Shown: in pieces, positions 40,148-49,611 of the stretch
Layout: the number at the start of each line of letters is the position of its first letter
Numbering within the stretch: the first letter of the stretch is position 1
Origin: an uncultured archaeon
GTDB taxonomy: Archaea > Micrarchaeota > Micrarchaeia > Micrarchaeales > CABMGC01
Direction: 5' to 3'
Assembly: GCA_963787445.1 (NCBI GenBank)
Contig: CAWBCT010000013.1
Coordinates: 1-64,000, forward strand
Length of the DNA stretch: 64,000 nucleotides
The notes under the pieces: generated by a model
Database searches by the model: none
What the model was told of the DNA's origin: nothing
The model's input: the letters and a program-made list of their open reading frames with translations, nothing else
Program-made: the position numbers and the translations under genes

Positions 40148-40936
40148 CTAGCCGCCACCGCTTGTGTATTTCCTCATCAGGTAGTAGAAGAGCTTGTAGG
40201 ACACCACGGTTATTGCAGCCGATGCTATCACTGCACCTGCCACGAAGACTGGGTCGAGCCTCCCGAGGAGCGTGTTCACGGAGTAGTAGTATGCGAACCC
40301 TATCGGTATGACCAGGCTGAAGAACACCTTTCCCAGGATGCCGAATATCGTGAGGGGATAGTTGCCCACCGAGGAGGAGAGCATGGCTATCCTGTAGAAG
40401 AACTGGGCGCTCCTGAGCAGGTGGTACGAGAGCACCGTGAGCATGGAGAGGAAGGAGACCAGGGCGATTATCCCAAGGCCGAACAGAAGCGCGAACTCCG
40501 CCAGCGCCGATGCGCCCAGCCCAAGCTGCGACCATGCCAGCAGGAGCACCAGGGCCCCGCCCAGCAGAACGGTGATGGACGAGACGTCAGAGAAGTTTGA
40601 GAGGATGATTGTGAGCTTGCCGTACGGCCTCATGAGATACATGTCCACCGAACCCACCTGCATCGCCTGAACCACCTGCCACCCGCTGATAAGCATGTAA
40701 ACTATGCCCATCATCATGGTGCTCGCTCCCGTGAGGAGCAGCATCTGGTAGTAGCTCCACCCGTTTATGCCGCTCGAGACGGAGTAGATGGCGATAACCG
40801 GGATAATTGCGCTTAGCACGGTGAAGATGCTGTCAAGGGACCAGAGTATCGTCTGCTCCCGGTACGCGAACAGAGACTTGAAGTTGTACTTTTGGGAGGT
40901 CAGGAAGTAGGAGATGTTTTTATTAAGATCTTCCAT
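40148..40936 (-). CDS. ABC-2 type permease (DUF990-like)
   Basis: GWSYYQM, GSVDMYLMRP, YPLTIF, IPIGFAYY. Confidence 0.88.
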   Translation of the reverse strand: MEDLNKNISYFLTSQKYNFKSLFAYREQTILWSLDSIFTVLSAIIPVIAIYSVSSGINGWSYYQMLLLTGASTMMMGIVYMLISGWQVVQAMQVGSVDMYLMRPYGKLTIILSNFSDVSSITVLLGGALVLLLAWSQLGLGASALAEFALLFGLGIIALVSFLSMLTVLSYHLLRSAQFFYRIAMLSSSVGNYPLTIFGILGKVFFSLVIPIGFAYYYSVNTLLGRLDPVFVAGAVIASAAITVVSYKLFYYLMRKYTSGGG

Positions 40937-41740
40937 TCAGCCACCCACCGCCGCCACGCTCCTCTTCACAGAGCGCCACATCAACCCGGCGCACAGGAGC
41001 AGGATTGCGCACCATACCGCCCCGAGCAAAAGCGTTCCCGGGATGTCCGTGTTAACTCCGAGTATCGTGGAGACGGGCACGTACACCATGTACTTGAACG
41101 GCAGCAGGTTGACCAGGGCGCCGACCCATCCCGTAAGGAAGTTAAGCGGCACGATCCCCCCTCCTATCGCGTACTCCAGGGTCCAGGTTATGATTACCAG
41201 TGTCCAGATCTGCGTCATATAAACGGCTGCGCAGCCTATCATGAAGTCTATGCTGCATATTATCACGTAGCCCATCGCGATCTCAACCAGAAGCACGCCT
41301 ATCGTATAATAGCTAATCGGGGCGACGTGGATGAAGAGCAGCGTACCTATGAGTATTGGTAGCGAGACGACGAGAATGGTGCTAAGAAGGCTGCCGAACG
41401 AGCCGAAGACCACCTGGTAGACATACTTTATCGGGCGGGCTAGGGCCACGGCTATGCTCCCGTTCGTTATGTCGGTCTGCATTATGTCGCTGATATTGCT
41501 GCCGAGGAGTTGGCGGATGCCGCTTGCGAGGATGAAGTAGGCGTAGAGCGTTGCCAGGCTTATTCCCGCGATGGTTGTCTGACCGGAGCTTCCGTAAACG
41601 GCTGTCCACGCAAAGATCAGCACCACCGCCATCAGCACCGAGAAGGTGAGAGTAAGCGCGAGGTCGGACCGGTACGCGGTGCTGTTCTTGAAGTTCACCA
41701 CGAACACGGACCAGTACGCGTCAAACGTCTCGAACGTCAG
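40937..41740 (-). CDS. ABC-2 type permease (DUF990-like), probable CTG start
   Basis: DITNGSIAVALARP, GGGIVPL, LLPF..MVYVP; AGGAGGGG-AT-CTG overlaps the upstream TGA. Confidence 0.88.
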   Translation of the reverse strand: MTFETFDAYWSVFVVNFKNSTAYRSDLALTLTFSVLMAVVLIFAWTAVYGSSGQTTIAGISLATLYAYFILASGIRQLLGSNISDIMQTDITNGSIAVALARPIKYVYQVVFGSFGSLLSTILVVSLPILIGTLLFIHVAPISYYTIGVLLVEIAMGYVIICSIDFMIGCAAVYMTQIWTLVIITWTLEYAIGGGIVPLNFLTGWVGALVNLLPFKYMVYVPVSTILGVNTDIPGTLLLGAVWCAILLLCAGLMWRSVKRSVAAVGG

Positions 41741-42741
41741 ATCCCCTCCTTCATGCTCTTGGACTTCTTTCGGGGGCCATAGAACCTGCTGATGATGCTC
41801 GTCAGGCTGGGCTCCGAAACGGTGTAATCCACTACGCTCTTGTCCTCAAGGAGGTCTATGAAGGCCGCGGTCTTTAGCAGCTTCCTCTCAACTTCCAGCT
41901 TTGCGTAGAACTTCCCGCGTTCGATTATCTTGCCGTATCTTTTAAGGTTGAGAAGCTTTGGCTCCGCATCGAAGGAGAGCTCCACCGTCCTCTTGTCCCC
42001 AAAGAAGCGCTCCAGCTTCGACTTGCTCCCGTCGAAGATCACCTTGCCGCCGTCCAGCATTATGATCCTGTTGGCTATCGTTATGTCCTCGATTATGTGG
42101 GTGGTCATGAGGAACGTGGTCCTGTATTTCCTGTTGAGATCCAGTATCGTGTTGCGCAGCGCCGCCTTCGATGGCACGTCCACCCCTATGGTGGGTTCGT
42201 CGAGTATCACGATGTCGGGCATCTGGAGCATTGAGGCCACAAAGTTGCACTTCATCTGCTCCCCGAGCGAGAGCGAGCGCACCTGGCGCGTGTACACCTC
42301 GCGCAGCTCGAGTATGTCCAGGAAGTAGTTGAGGCGCCTCTTGTACTCCCTCTCCGGGATACGGTAGATGCTGCGTATGAAGTTGAACGTGTCGAGCGGC
42401 GGAAGGTTCCAGAAGAGCTGACCGTGCGCGCCCAGGACCACGCCTATGTGCTGCGTGGCCTTCGCCCTCTCCTCCCAGGAATTTAGGTCCATGACCTCGG
42501 TGTGCCCCTTGTCCGGATACACTATCCCGGTTATTATCTTTATCAGCGTGGACTTGCCGCTCCCGTTCTTCCCGAGCAGCGCGACTATCTCCCCCCGCTT
42601 TATCCCAAAGCTTACTCCGTTGAGGGCGTGTTTGGTGTACTTCTTGCGGCTAAGCCATCCGACTATGCCGCTATCCTCAGACTGCTTGTACGTCTTGAAG
42701 CTCTTCGAGACGGCTGACACTAGGATTGCATTTTCCTCCAT
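41737..42741 (-). CDS. ABC transporter ATP-binding protein
   Basis: GKNGSGKST, LSLGEQMK, ILDEPTIGVD. Confidence 0.93.
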   Translation of the reverse strand: MEENAILVSAVSKSFKTYKQSEDSGIVGWLSRKKYTKHALNGVSFGIKRGEIVALLGKNGSGKSTLIKIITGIVYPDKGHTEVMDLNSWEERAKATQHIGVVLGAHGQLFWNLPPLDTFNFIRSIYRIPEREYKRRLNYFLDILELREVYTRQVRSLSLGEQMKCNFVASMLQMPDIVILDEPTIGVDVPSKAALRNTILDLNRKYRTTFLMTTHIIEDITIANRIIMLDGGKVIFDGSKSKLERFFGDKRTVELSFDAEPKLLNLKRYGKIIERGKFYAKLEVERKLLKTAAFIDLLEDKSVVDYTVSEPSLTSIISRFYGPRKKSKSMKEGI

Positions 42742-42809
42742 ATCACTCTGTTTTATTTTAGCTTAAAAGTATTTAAATATCGCTAGCGAATAATTGATGG
42801 GCTTTTTGA

Positions 42810-43400
42810 ATGATAATCTATCTATTACGACACGGCGAAACAACCGGCGATGTAGAAGACAGGTACGGCGGTGATTATGATGACCATTTATCAAACAAAG
42901 GTCTCAAACAATCAGAAAATTTATCAGAAAAGCTCGATAAAAAGGGCATAGAAGTAATTTACGTAAGTCCGCGTATACGCGCCATCGAAACGGCAAAAAT
43001 TATAAACAAGTCACTTGGAGCCAAATTAGAAGTTGTTGATGACCTGAGAGAAAGAAATAACTATGGTGTTCTTACTGGGCTAACCAAATCCGAAGCAAAG
43101 ACAAAACACCCGAAAGAAGTAAGTGAACTGGAGAAAGGAATCCGACACGGTGTAAAAGGTTCTGAAGAATACGAACCCTTTAAAGAAAGAGTAACGAGAG
43201 TTTTTGGGAATATTACAAAAGCCAATCAAAAGACCGTCGCGATTCTCACCCACGGCGGAGTGATCAGGTGCATAATCCGGGAAATACTGAAGTTTGGTGA
43301 ATTGGAGAAACTGGGCGATTGTGCAATAATAGAGTTCAGTAAAGATGGGAATAAATTCTCATTAATAGCCTCCGATGGTGTGGTTTTCAGTAGGGAATAA
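42810..43400 (+). CDS. Histidine phosphatase family protein
   Basis: LLRHGET, SPRIRAIETA, LRE, THGGVI. Confidence 0.93.
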   Translation: MIIYLLRHGETTGDVEDRYGGDYDDHLSNKGLKQSENLSEKLDKKGIEVIYVSPRIRAIETAKIINKSLGAKLEVVDDLRERNNYGVLTGLTKSEAKTKHPKEVSELEKGIRHGVKGSEEYEPFKERVTRVFGNITKANQKTVAILTHGGVIRCIIREILKFGELEKLGDCAIIEFSKDGNKFSLIASDGVVFSRE

Positions 43401-43560
43401 CACACGTCAAACCATCATAACGTATATAAAGCTTCTTACGTATAATATACCTCATCCGCTCTCGAAACGCCTAGGCTTTTCGGAAGGATAATCATGACCA
43501 TGATTGTCGGGCTTCTCGCCCGCTTTGTCGTCGTGATTGGTGAAAATTCCTATTGGAATT

Positions 43561-43600
43561 AGATGTAGTCTTGAGAATGCAAAGAGGCAACAACGCAATT
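43561..43600 (+). other. 5' arm of pre-16S processing stem with bulge-helix-bulge (partner 45151-45188)
   Basis: AGATGTAGTCTTGAG pairs with CTCAAGACTACATCT; 4-bp helix ATGC/GCAT flanked by 3-nt bulges AAA and TAA. Confidence 0.8.
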
Positions 43601-43615
43601 GCAAATTAAGAATCA

Positions 43616-45102
43616 ACTCCAGTCGATGCTGCTGGAGGACACTGCTATCAGATTTCGACAGCCATGCAAGTCAACATCTCGACATGAGGTGTGGCACACG
43701 GCTCAGTAACGCGTGGTCAATCTAACGTAGAGAAGGGCATAACCTTGGGAAACTGAGGCTAATTCCATATAGGCTACGGATGCTGGAAGGCACTGTAGGC
43801 GAAACGGGATGCGAAATGGAGCATTTCCGCTCTACGATGAGACTGCGTCGGATCAGGCAGATGGCGGGGTAACGGCCCACCATACCTTTGACCCGTAGGG
43901 GATATGAGAGTATGAGCCCCGAGAAGGGCACTGAGACAAGGGCCCTAGCGCTACGGCGTGCAGCAGGCGCGCAAACTCCACAATGCGGGAAACCGTGATG
44001 GGGGGAGTCTGAGTGGCAAGCTTTTAGCTTGCCTTTTGCTAAGTTTAGTCAGCTTGGCGAATAAGTGCTGGGTAAGACCGGTGGCAGCCGCCACGGTAAT
44101 ACCGGCGGCACAAGTGGTGTTCACTATTATTGGGTTTAAAGCGTCCGTAGCTGGCCGAAACCGTCTTATGTGAAATGTAGGCGCTCAACGTCTATACGTG
44201 CATAAGATACCTTTCGGCTAGGGAGCGGGAGAGGTTTGGAGTACTTATGGGGTAGTGGTAAAATACTGTAATCCTATAAGGACTACCTGTGGCGAAGGCG
44301 CCAAACCAGAACGCATCCGACAGTGAGTGACGAAGGCTAGGAGAACGAATCGGATTAGATACCCGAGTAGCCCTAGCAGTAAATCATGTAGACATTGGTG
44401 TTGCACCTATCTCGAATAGGTGCAGTACCGTAGGAAAACTGTTAAGTCTACCACCTGGGGAGTACGGCCGCAAGGTTGAAACTTAAAGCAATTGGCGGGG
44501 GAGCACACAAGGGGTGGATGCTACGGTTTAATTGAATTCAACGTCGGGAATTTTACCTGGAGCGACGGCAGGATGAAGGTCAAGCTAAAGACTTTGCCTA
44601 ACGAGCCGAGAGGTGTTGCATGGCGATCGTCAGTTCGTGGTGTGAACTATCAGGTTAAGTCCTGTAACGAACGAGATCCTCGCTGACAGTTGCAACCGGC
44701 GCAGATGTGCGCCGAGCACTCTGTCAGGACCGCCTGCGTTTAAGCAGGAGGAAGGAGAGGGCTACGGTACGTCAGTACGGCCCGAATCTCCAGGGCTACA
44801 CGCGGCATACAAAGGTTGGCACAATGGGTTGCCACTCAGAGATGAGGAGCTAATCCCCTAAAACCAATCTAAGTTCGGATTGAGGGTTGAAACTCACCCT
44901 CATGAAGTTGGAATCCCTAGTAATCGCATGTCACCATCGTGCGGTGAATATGTCCCCGCTCCTTGCACACACCGCCTGCCAAGTCATCCAAGTGGGGTCT
45001 TAGTGACGCCGTATCCTAACAGATGCGGTCGAACTAAGGTTTCGTGAGGGGGGCTAAGGCATAACAAGGTATCCGTAGGGGAACCTGCGGATAGATCACC
45101 TC
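43616..45102 (+). rRNA. rrs: 16S rRNA, unlinked, highly divergent (Micrarchaeota-like)
   Basis: CCATGCAAGTC, GGATTAGATACCC, GAAACTTAAAG, CTTGCACACACCGCC and 3' GATCACCTC landmarks; ~1.49 kb, no intron. Confidence 0.98.
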
Positions 45103-45244
45103 AAAACTTTTTACAAAGTTTTATTATAAACTAGTGTGCGTACAGAACAGAATTGCGTTGCCTCGCATTAATACTCAAGACTACATCTTTCCTTATTTTT
45201 ATGGTTCTTAGCTGAGCCGTATCTTTTTACAGCCCTACGGTACT

Positions 45245-45283
45245 ATTATATATCTATTATACACCAATTATATAATGATTATA
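45245..45283. promoter_or_regulatory. Four ATTATA boxes at exact 11-bp period upstream of the antitoxin
   Basis: ATTATA begins at 45245, 45256, 45267 and 45278. Confidence 0.55.
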
Positions 45284-45519
45284 TGTACACCACAATACAG
45301 ATAACAAAGAACACGCGTGAGAAGCTCAATGGCCTGAAGCTATACCGGAAGGCCACCTACGACGAGATAATTGGGGCGCTGATAGACATGATACCAGAAA
45401 AGGATGAGGAAGGAAGATATACGACCGAATTCAGGGCCTCGCTGCTACGCGGATTTCTTGACATAAAACACGGAAGAACGCACACGCTAAAGGAGATGAA
45501 GGAGCGATTTGGTGCTTGA
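45283..45519 (+). CDS. Antitoxin (RHH-like) of RelE pair
   Basis: MYTTIQI...TREKL..LK...TYDEII..L; abuts relE. Confidence 0.8.
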   Translation: MYTTIQITKNTREKLNGLKLYRKATYDEIIGALIDMIPEKDEEGRYTTEFRASLLRGFLDIKHGRTHTLKEMKERFGA

Positions 45520-45777
45520 TTGGCGTACGAGGTCGAATTCTCAGATGAAGCGGCCATGCAGCTGGAAGGCATTGATAAAAACACGGCAAAACGAATACTC
45601 AAAAAACTAGAGTCTGTAAGGGAGAATCCTGGCGCATTTTTGGAGGGGCTTACGGCGCGACCTCAGCGCAAATTGAGAGTTGGAGACTATAGACTATTAA
45701 TAATCGTTGATAAAAGCAAGCGTAAAATCTTCATAATGTCCTTGGGGCATCGAAAAAACATATACGAAAGGCATTAA
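45520..45777 (+). CDS. relE: RelE/ParE family toxin
   Basis: YEVEFSDEA, RKLRVGDYRL, LGHRKNIY. Confidence 0.93.
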   Translation: MAYEVEFSDEAAMQLEGIDKNTAKRILKKLESVRENPGAFLEGLTARPQRKLRVGDYRLLIIVDKSKRKIFIMSLGHRKNIYERH

Positions 45778-45827
45778 GAAGATCCGAACCGTGAGAACTC
45801 TTTTATATCAGAAAATCTAGAAGAATA

Positions 45828-46472
45828 ATGATGGAGAAGATAGCCACGCTGCCTAGTAGGGCGGAGCTAAAGTTGGTTGCAAGGGATCCCAAAATTACAC
45901 TTGGTCAGGGAGAGCGAGACCGCAGGGATGTGCTCCTTGACCGCTTCTGGATCAGCCATGGCTGGTTTAAAGGTCCGGATTCAGGGAAGGTTCTTATAAA
46001 GCCCAAGTGGAAGGACGACGAAGAGGCACAAGTAGAAGCGGTTAGACTTCTCTGCGAGCAGCTACTTAACAAGAACCCTCGGAATCTTGTGGCAAAGGAC
46101 TTTCACAGGAATAGGCTTGGAGGACTGCTGGCCCATCATTTCAACGGAAGCCCGTTCGCTGCTGCGTCAAAAACCTATCCAAGGGAAAGGATAAGGGAGT
46201 GGGAGATGGTTTCCACCCCGCGCATATTTTTCAAGAAGAAGCAAAATAGGATAGCCGCGGTGGAATGGCTTGTCGACAAGCTAGCGAAGGACCCGCGAGA
46301 GATAAAAAAGACCGATTTCTATGACAACTATCTCGGAGGAATGTTGTGTTACCGCCACCACGATAGTCCCTATTGGGCATTACTCGAAGCCGGCTTTGTA
46401 ACGGAGGAGGATAAGCGATACATGAAGCGCACCGGCATAAGAAGAAAGGATTTATTAGTTCTTTTAAGGTAA
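45828..46472 (+). CDS. Hypothetical protein with two DUF4046-like repeats
   Basis: Repeat A..WL.....K.P......DF..N.LGG[LM]L......SP[FY].A occurs twice. Confidence 0.6.
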   Translation: MMEKIATLPSRAELKLVARDPKITLGQGERDRRDVLLDRFWISHGWFKGPDSGKVLIKPKWKDDEEAQVEAVRLLCEQLLNKNPRNLVAKDFHRNRLGGLLAHHFNGSPFAAASKTYPRERIREWEMVSTPRIFFKKKQNRIAAVEWLVDKLAKDPREIKKTDFYDNYLGGMLCYRHHDSPYWALLEAGFVTEEDKRYMKRTGIRRKDLLVLLR

Positions 46473-46497
46473 AGTGTGATATAGTTAAGGTTTGTCC

Positions 46498-46989
46498 ATG
46501 AAGATCAAGCTCCAGCCCTATTTGTGCTACCTCGCTGGCCTTCAGAGCAGGAGCCGCACCGAGCAGAATGCCATAGGTATCTTCACTCATGATGACGTTT
46601 TCGAGAGCAAATTTGTCAAGATGTGCCTTGACAAGGTAAAGATTGAGCCGAACCGCATAATTATAGAAGAGGGCGCCGGCGGAACACGTCACATCTTCTT
46701 CTATCACTCCAAGCTCGGCGGCCAGCTCCGCAAGATCTCGGAGAACTGCGGCAAGATGTTCCGGGCCCCGACCAATGAGTCAAGAAGCTACCTTGCAGGC
46801 ATCTTCGACGCTGCAGGCCATCTGACTGTAAGCGGTCTTTACATCAGCAAGATAAGCGTTCAGGAGTCGATTATGTTGCAGCAGCTCGGGGTTCACACCC
46901 AGGGCGAGAAAGTACTGAACATCAGCCAGTTCCTGAAGCTCATAGATGGATTCAGTTTCAGGCCGCACGCACTTCCAAAATCGCGCTAA
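46498..46989 (+). CDS. Free-standing degenerate LAGLIDADG-like protein
   Basis: LCYLAGLQS and SYLAGIFDAAG helices. Confidence 0.6.
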   Translation: MKIKLQPYLCYLAGLQSRSRTEQNAIGIFTHDDVFESKFVKMCLDKVKIEPNRIIIEEGAGGTRHIFFYHSKLGGQLRKISENCGKMFRAPTNESRSYLAGIFDAAGHLTVSGLYISKISVQESIMLQQLGVHTQGEKVLNISQFLKLIDGFSFRPHALPKSR

Positions 46990-47056
46990 TTGTTCTATTT
47001 CCGACGAAATCTTCGCAAGCTATATAAACTTCTTTAACTCATATTCATCTGATAAA

Positions 47057-47599
47057 ATGGAGCAGCGAGTCATACTTGTGGACGAGAATGATAATCCACT
47101 TGGAACCGAGGAGAAGATGAAGGCCCACCAGAACGGAGGCAAGCTTCATCGCGCACTTTCGGTGTTCGTGTTCAACAAGAACGGGGAGACGATGCTTCAG
47201 CAGCGCGCCGCCATAAAATACCACACGCAAAATAAGTGGTCAAACACCTGCTGCAGCCATCAGATGGAGGGTGAAGACACCATAACCGCGGCCCATAGGC
47301 GGCTCAAGGAGGAGATGGGTTTCGACTGCCCGCTTAAGGAGGCGTTCAATTTCACTTACCACGCCGAAGTCGGCAACGGGCTCAAGGAAAACGAGTTCGA
47401 CCACATAGTATTTGGCACTTTTGATAAGGTTCCCCGGCCCAATCCAGACGAGGTGCAGGACTGGAAGTGGATTAGCCTGCCTGAACTCAAGGCGCGGATA
47501 AAGTCCGACCCCGGCTCCTTCACTCCCTGGCTCCGCCTTATGATTGACGAGGTAATCAAGAACTACGAAAAGCTGAGTCCGGGCAGAAAAGCCAGCTAG
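47057..47599 (+). CDS. idi: Isopentenyl-diphosphate delta-isomerase, type 1
   Basis: LHRALSVFVFN, WSNTCCSH, RRLKEEMG, ENEFDH, FTPWL. Confidence 0.96.
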   Translation: MEQRVILVDENDNPLGTEEKMKAHQNGGKLHRALSVFVFNKNGETMLQQRAAIKYHTQNKWSNTCCSHQMEGEDTITAAHRRLKEEMGFDCPLKEAFNFTYHAEVGNGLKENEFDHIVFGTFDKVPRPNPDEVQDWKWISLPELKARIKSDPGSFTPWLRLMIDEVIKNYEKLSPGRKAS

Positions 47600-47655
47600 A
47601 ACTTCCTTCACATTCCACTAATACTTATTTAAGCTTAATCGCCCTCTGTGTATCC

Positions 47656-48102
47656 GTGAGTCATGTGATTCTGGGCGTCCGCAGTATCTATGAAAAAGCC
47701 TCTTTTACTGACGGGAAGCGCATCCTTGTAGAGCGTCTCTGGCCGCGAGGCATAAGGCGCAGCACCGCGAACATCGACACCTGGGCGAAGGACATAGCCC
47801 CCACAAACGGCCTCCGCCTGCGGCTTGCCGCGCACAATGAGTGGTGGCCGGTCTTCAAGAAACGCTACCTCAAGGAGCTTGAGGTCAACAAGGCCGTGCC
47901 AAGGCTGCTTAACCGGATCACAAGAGAGGACATAACCCTAGTCTACTCATCAAGGAATGACCGTAACAATAACGCGACCATACTTTACACCTTCCTGAAT
48001 ACGAGGCTCAAGAGACTGCAGAAGCAGCAGGCACTAAAATCCGCGGGCCTTGCCAAGCGCGCTGCAAATCGCGAGAAAATGCTCGGGATCCCAAGTAATT
48101 AG
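47656..48102 (+). CDS. DUF488 (YeaO-like) family protein
   Basis: DGKRILVERLWPRGI, WAKDIAPT..LR, F..RY..EL. Confidence 0.9.
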   Translation: MSHVILGVRSIYEKASFTDGKRILVERLWPRGIRRSTANIDTWAKDIAPTNGLRLRLAAHNEWWPVFKKRYLKELEVNKAVPRLLNRITREDITLVYSSRNDRNNNATILYTFLNTRLKRLQKQQALKSAGLAKRAANREKMLGIPSN

Positions 48103-48141
48103 AGCTAAATATCTGAAAATTGCTTAAATTTTAAGAGATTA

Positions 48142-49044
48142 ATGGCTACTAAATTGTCTGCCAATCGGGCCCAGGCACTGGGTGACACAAGGACCCTCAG
48201 TTCTTTTGATCTAGGGATTCTGCGGCGCGTGTTCGACGAGCACAAGAGCTCTGTAATATGTCCGACGTTGAACGGCAGTTCGAAGTTCGTATATTTACTG
48301 AGGGGCTACTTTGACGGCCGCGGCGCCGAACCTCCTCTTCTTCTCCCGATGAACGTAAAGAGCTTGCGCTACAATCTTTTTGACTTTCTGGCCAACTCCG
48401 ACTTTGTCTATTCACAGGACTTCGAGAAGATGAGGTCCGAGGCAGGCCGACGTGGCTTCGGAGCGGAGATTACCTCATTTATTAGGGCTGCTTTGGAGGA
48501 GCCTGCAAAACGGCTGAAAAAGATTGTCAGGGAGACCGAGACTGCTTCCGCCACTCTAAACTCCAACAGGTTCCTCATACTGGATTGGAGTTATACGCAC
48601 AGTGCCGGACCGGTTACCTGTGTTGGAAACCCGAATCGCTCCACGGTTGACGCCGTCGCAACTGTGCTAAATGCTTTACGAGATAGGCCAGAGATACATC
48701 TGCTCGCGGTAAGCGACTACAGCCCGCTCTTGCCCATAAGCGTCCCGGACAGGTCCCACGCGAGCAATGTAGAATGGCCAGCCCTACGCGACCGCGCAAG
48801 ACTTCCAAACAAGGTTTTCTTGGAGTGCTATGACCTCCTCCAGAGCTGGGCACAAGATAAGTATCTGCCTCAAACAGAGGGGGTTAGAATGCACTTGATG
48901 GACGGTGCGTTCAGAGGATCCGTGCTTGCTGGCGATTTACTCCGCGAGAGCGTAAGAAACGCCGATTTGCTGCTCAGCAAGGGCTTTGAATCGGGCAGTA
49001 AGGATAAGTATGGTTATCCTGAAGAGCGGGACCTGGTTTTCTAG
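48142..49044 (+). CDS. Hypothetical protein
   Basis: 300-aa ORF filling the interval; no motif recognised. Confidence 0.6.
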   Translation: MATKLSANRAQALGDTRTLSSFDLGILRRVFDEHKSSVICPTLNGSSKFVYLLRGYFDGRGAEPPLLLPMNVKSLRYNLFDFLANSDFVYSQDFEKMRSEAGRRGFGAEITSFIRAALEEPAKRLKKIVRETETASATLNSNRFLILDWSYTHSAGPVTCVGNPNRSTVDAVATVLNALRDRPEIHLLAVSDYSPLLPISVPDRSHASNVEWPALRDRARLPNKVFLECYDLLQSWAQDKYLPQTEGVRMHLMDGAFRGSVLAGDLLRESVRNADLLLSKGFESGSKDKYGYPEERDLVF

Positions 49045-49608
49045 TCAGAGCTCGAGCTTCTTGACTTCGAGCCTTCCGATGCTCGCTATGTTGTGTATGC
49101 GCTTGGTTGCCTCGCTCTGCATCGTCCCGTCTATCACGTCCTTCACCACCGCGCTGCTGTCCCTCTCCTTCATGTAGGCCGTCGCGAAGTCCGAGAGCTC
49201 CTTCCTGAGCGCCTTTCTCTTCTTTGTGGTTACTCTTCGCGTGGTTGTCAAAAGAAGCTTAAGTATTACCGTCTTGCCGTTCTTGTCCTTGACCTTGTCG
49301 ACCGTGTACATCGTGCTCGCGTGCCTCTTCACCATCGAGTGCATGTAGCTGTAGGTCTGCTCAAGGTACTTCAGCTCGGTGTGCACAGCGTTGCCATTTA
49401 CGCTGCTGACCCTCAGCCCCACCACCAGGAAGACGTGGTTGGGGTTGTTTGTTATCCAGGACATGCTCACCTTGATCAGCCTGCCGATCGCGTCCTTGTC
49501 CTCGCTTGCCGGCATCTCTCCAATCGTCTGGTTTCCGAGCATCTCCGGAGTGTAGATGTTGAACCACTTCTTTGCCTTCCACTTCTCCATCCCTTTTGTT
49601 ACCGCCAT
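49045..49608 (-). CDS. rps3ae: 30S ribosomal protein S3Ae (eS1)
   Basis: KWKAKKWFNIYTP, GRLIKVS, EVKKLEL; follows S15. Confidence 0.93.
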   Translation of the reverse strand: MAVTKGMEKWKAKKWFNIYTPEMLGNQTIGEMPASEDKDAIGRLIKVSMSWITNNPNHVFLVVGLRVSSVNGNAVHTELKYLEQTYSYMHSMVKRHASTMYTVDKVKDKNGKTVILKLLLTTTRRVTTKKRKALRKELSDFATAYMKERDSSAVVKDVIDGTMQSEATKRIHNIASIGRLEVKKLEL

Positions 49609-49611
49609 CTA

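Noticed and set aside
43537-44686. ORFs within the 16S region, or a 16S intron
   Set aside because: Shadow ORFs of rRNA; the gene length of ~1.49 kb leaves no room for an intron.
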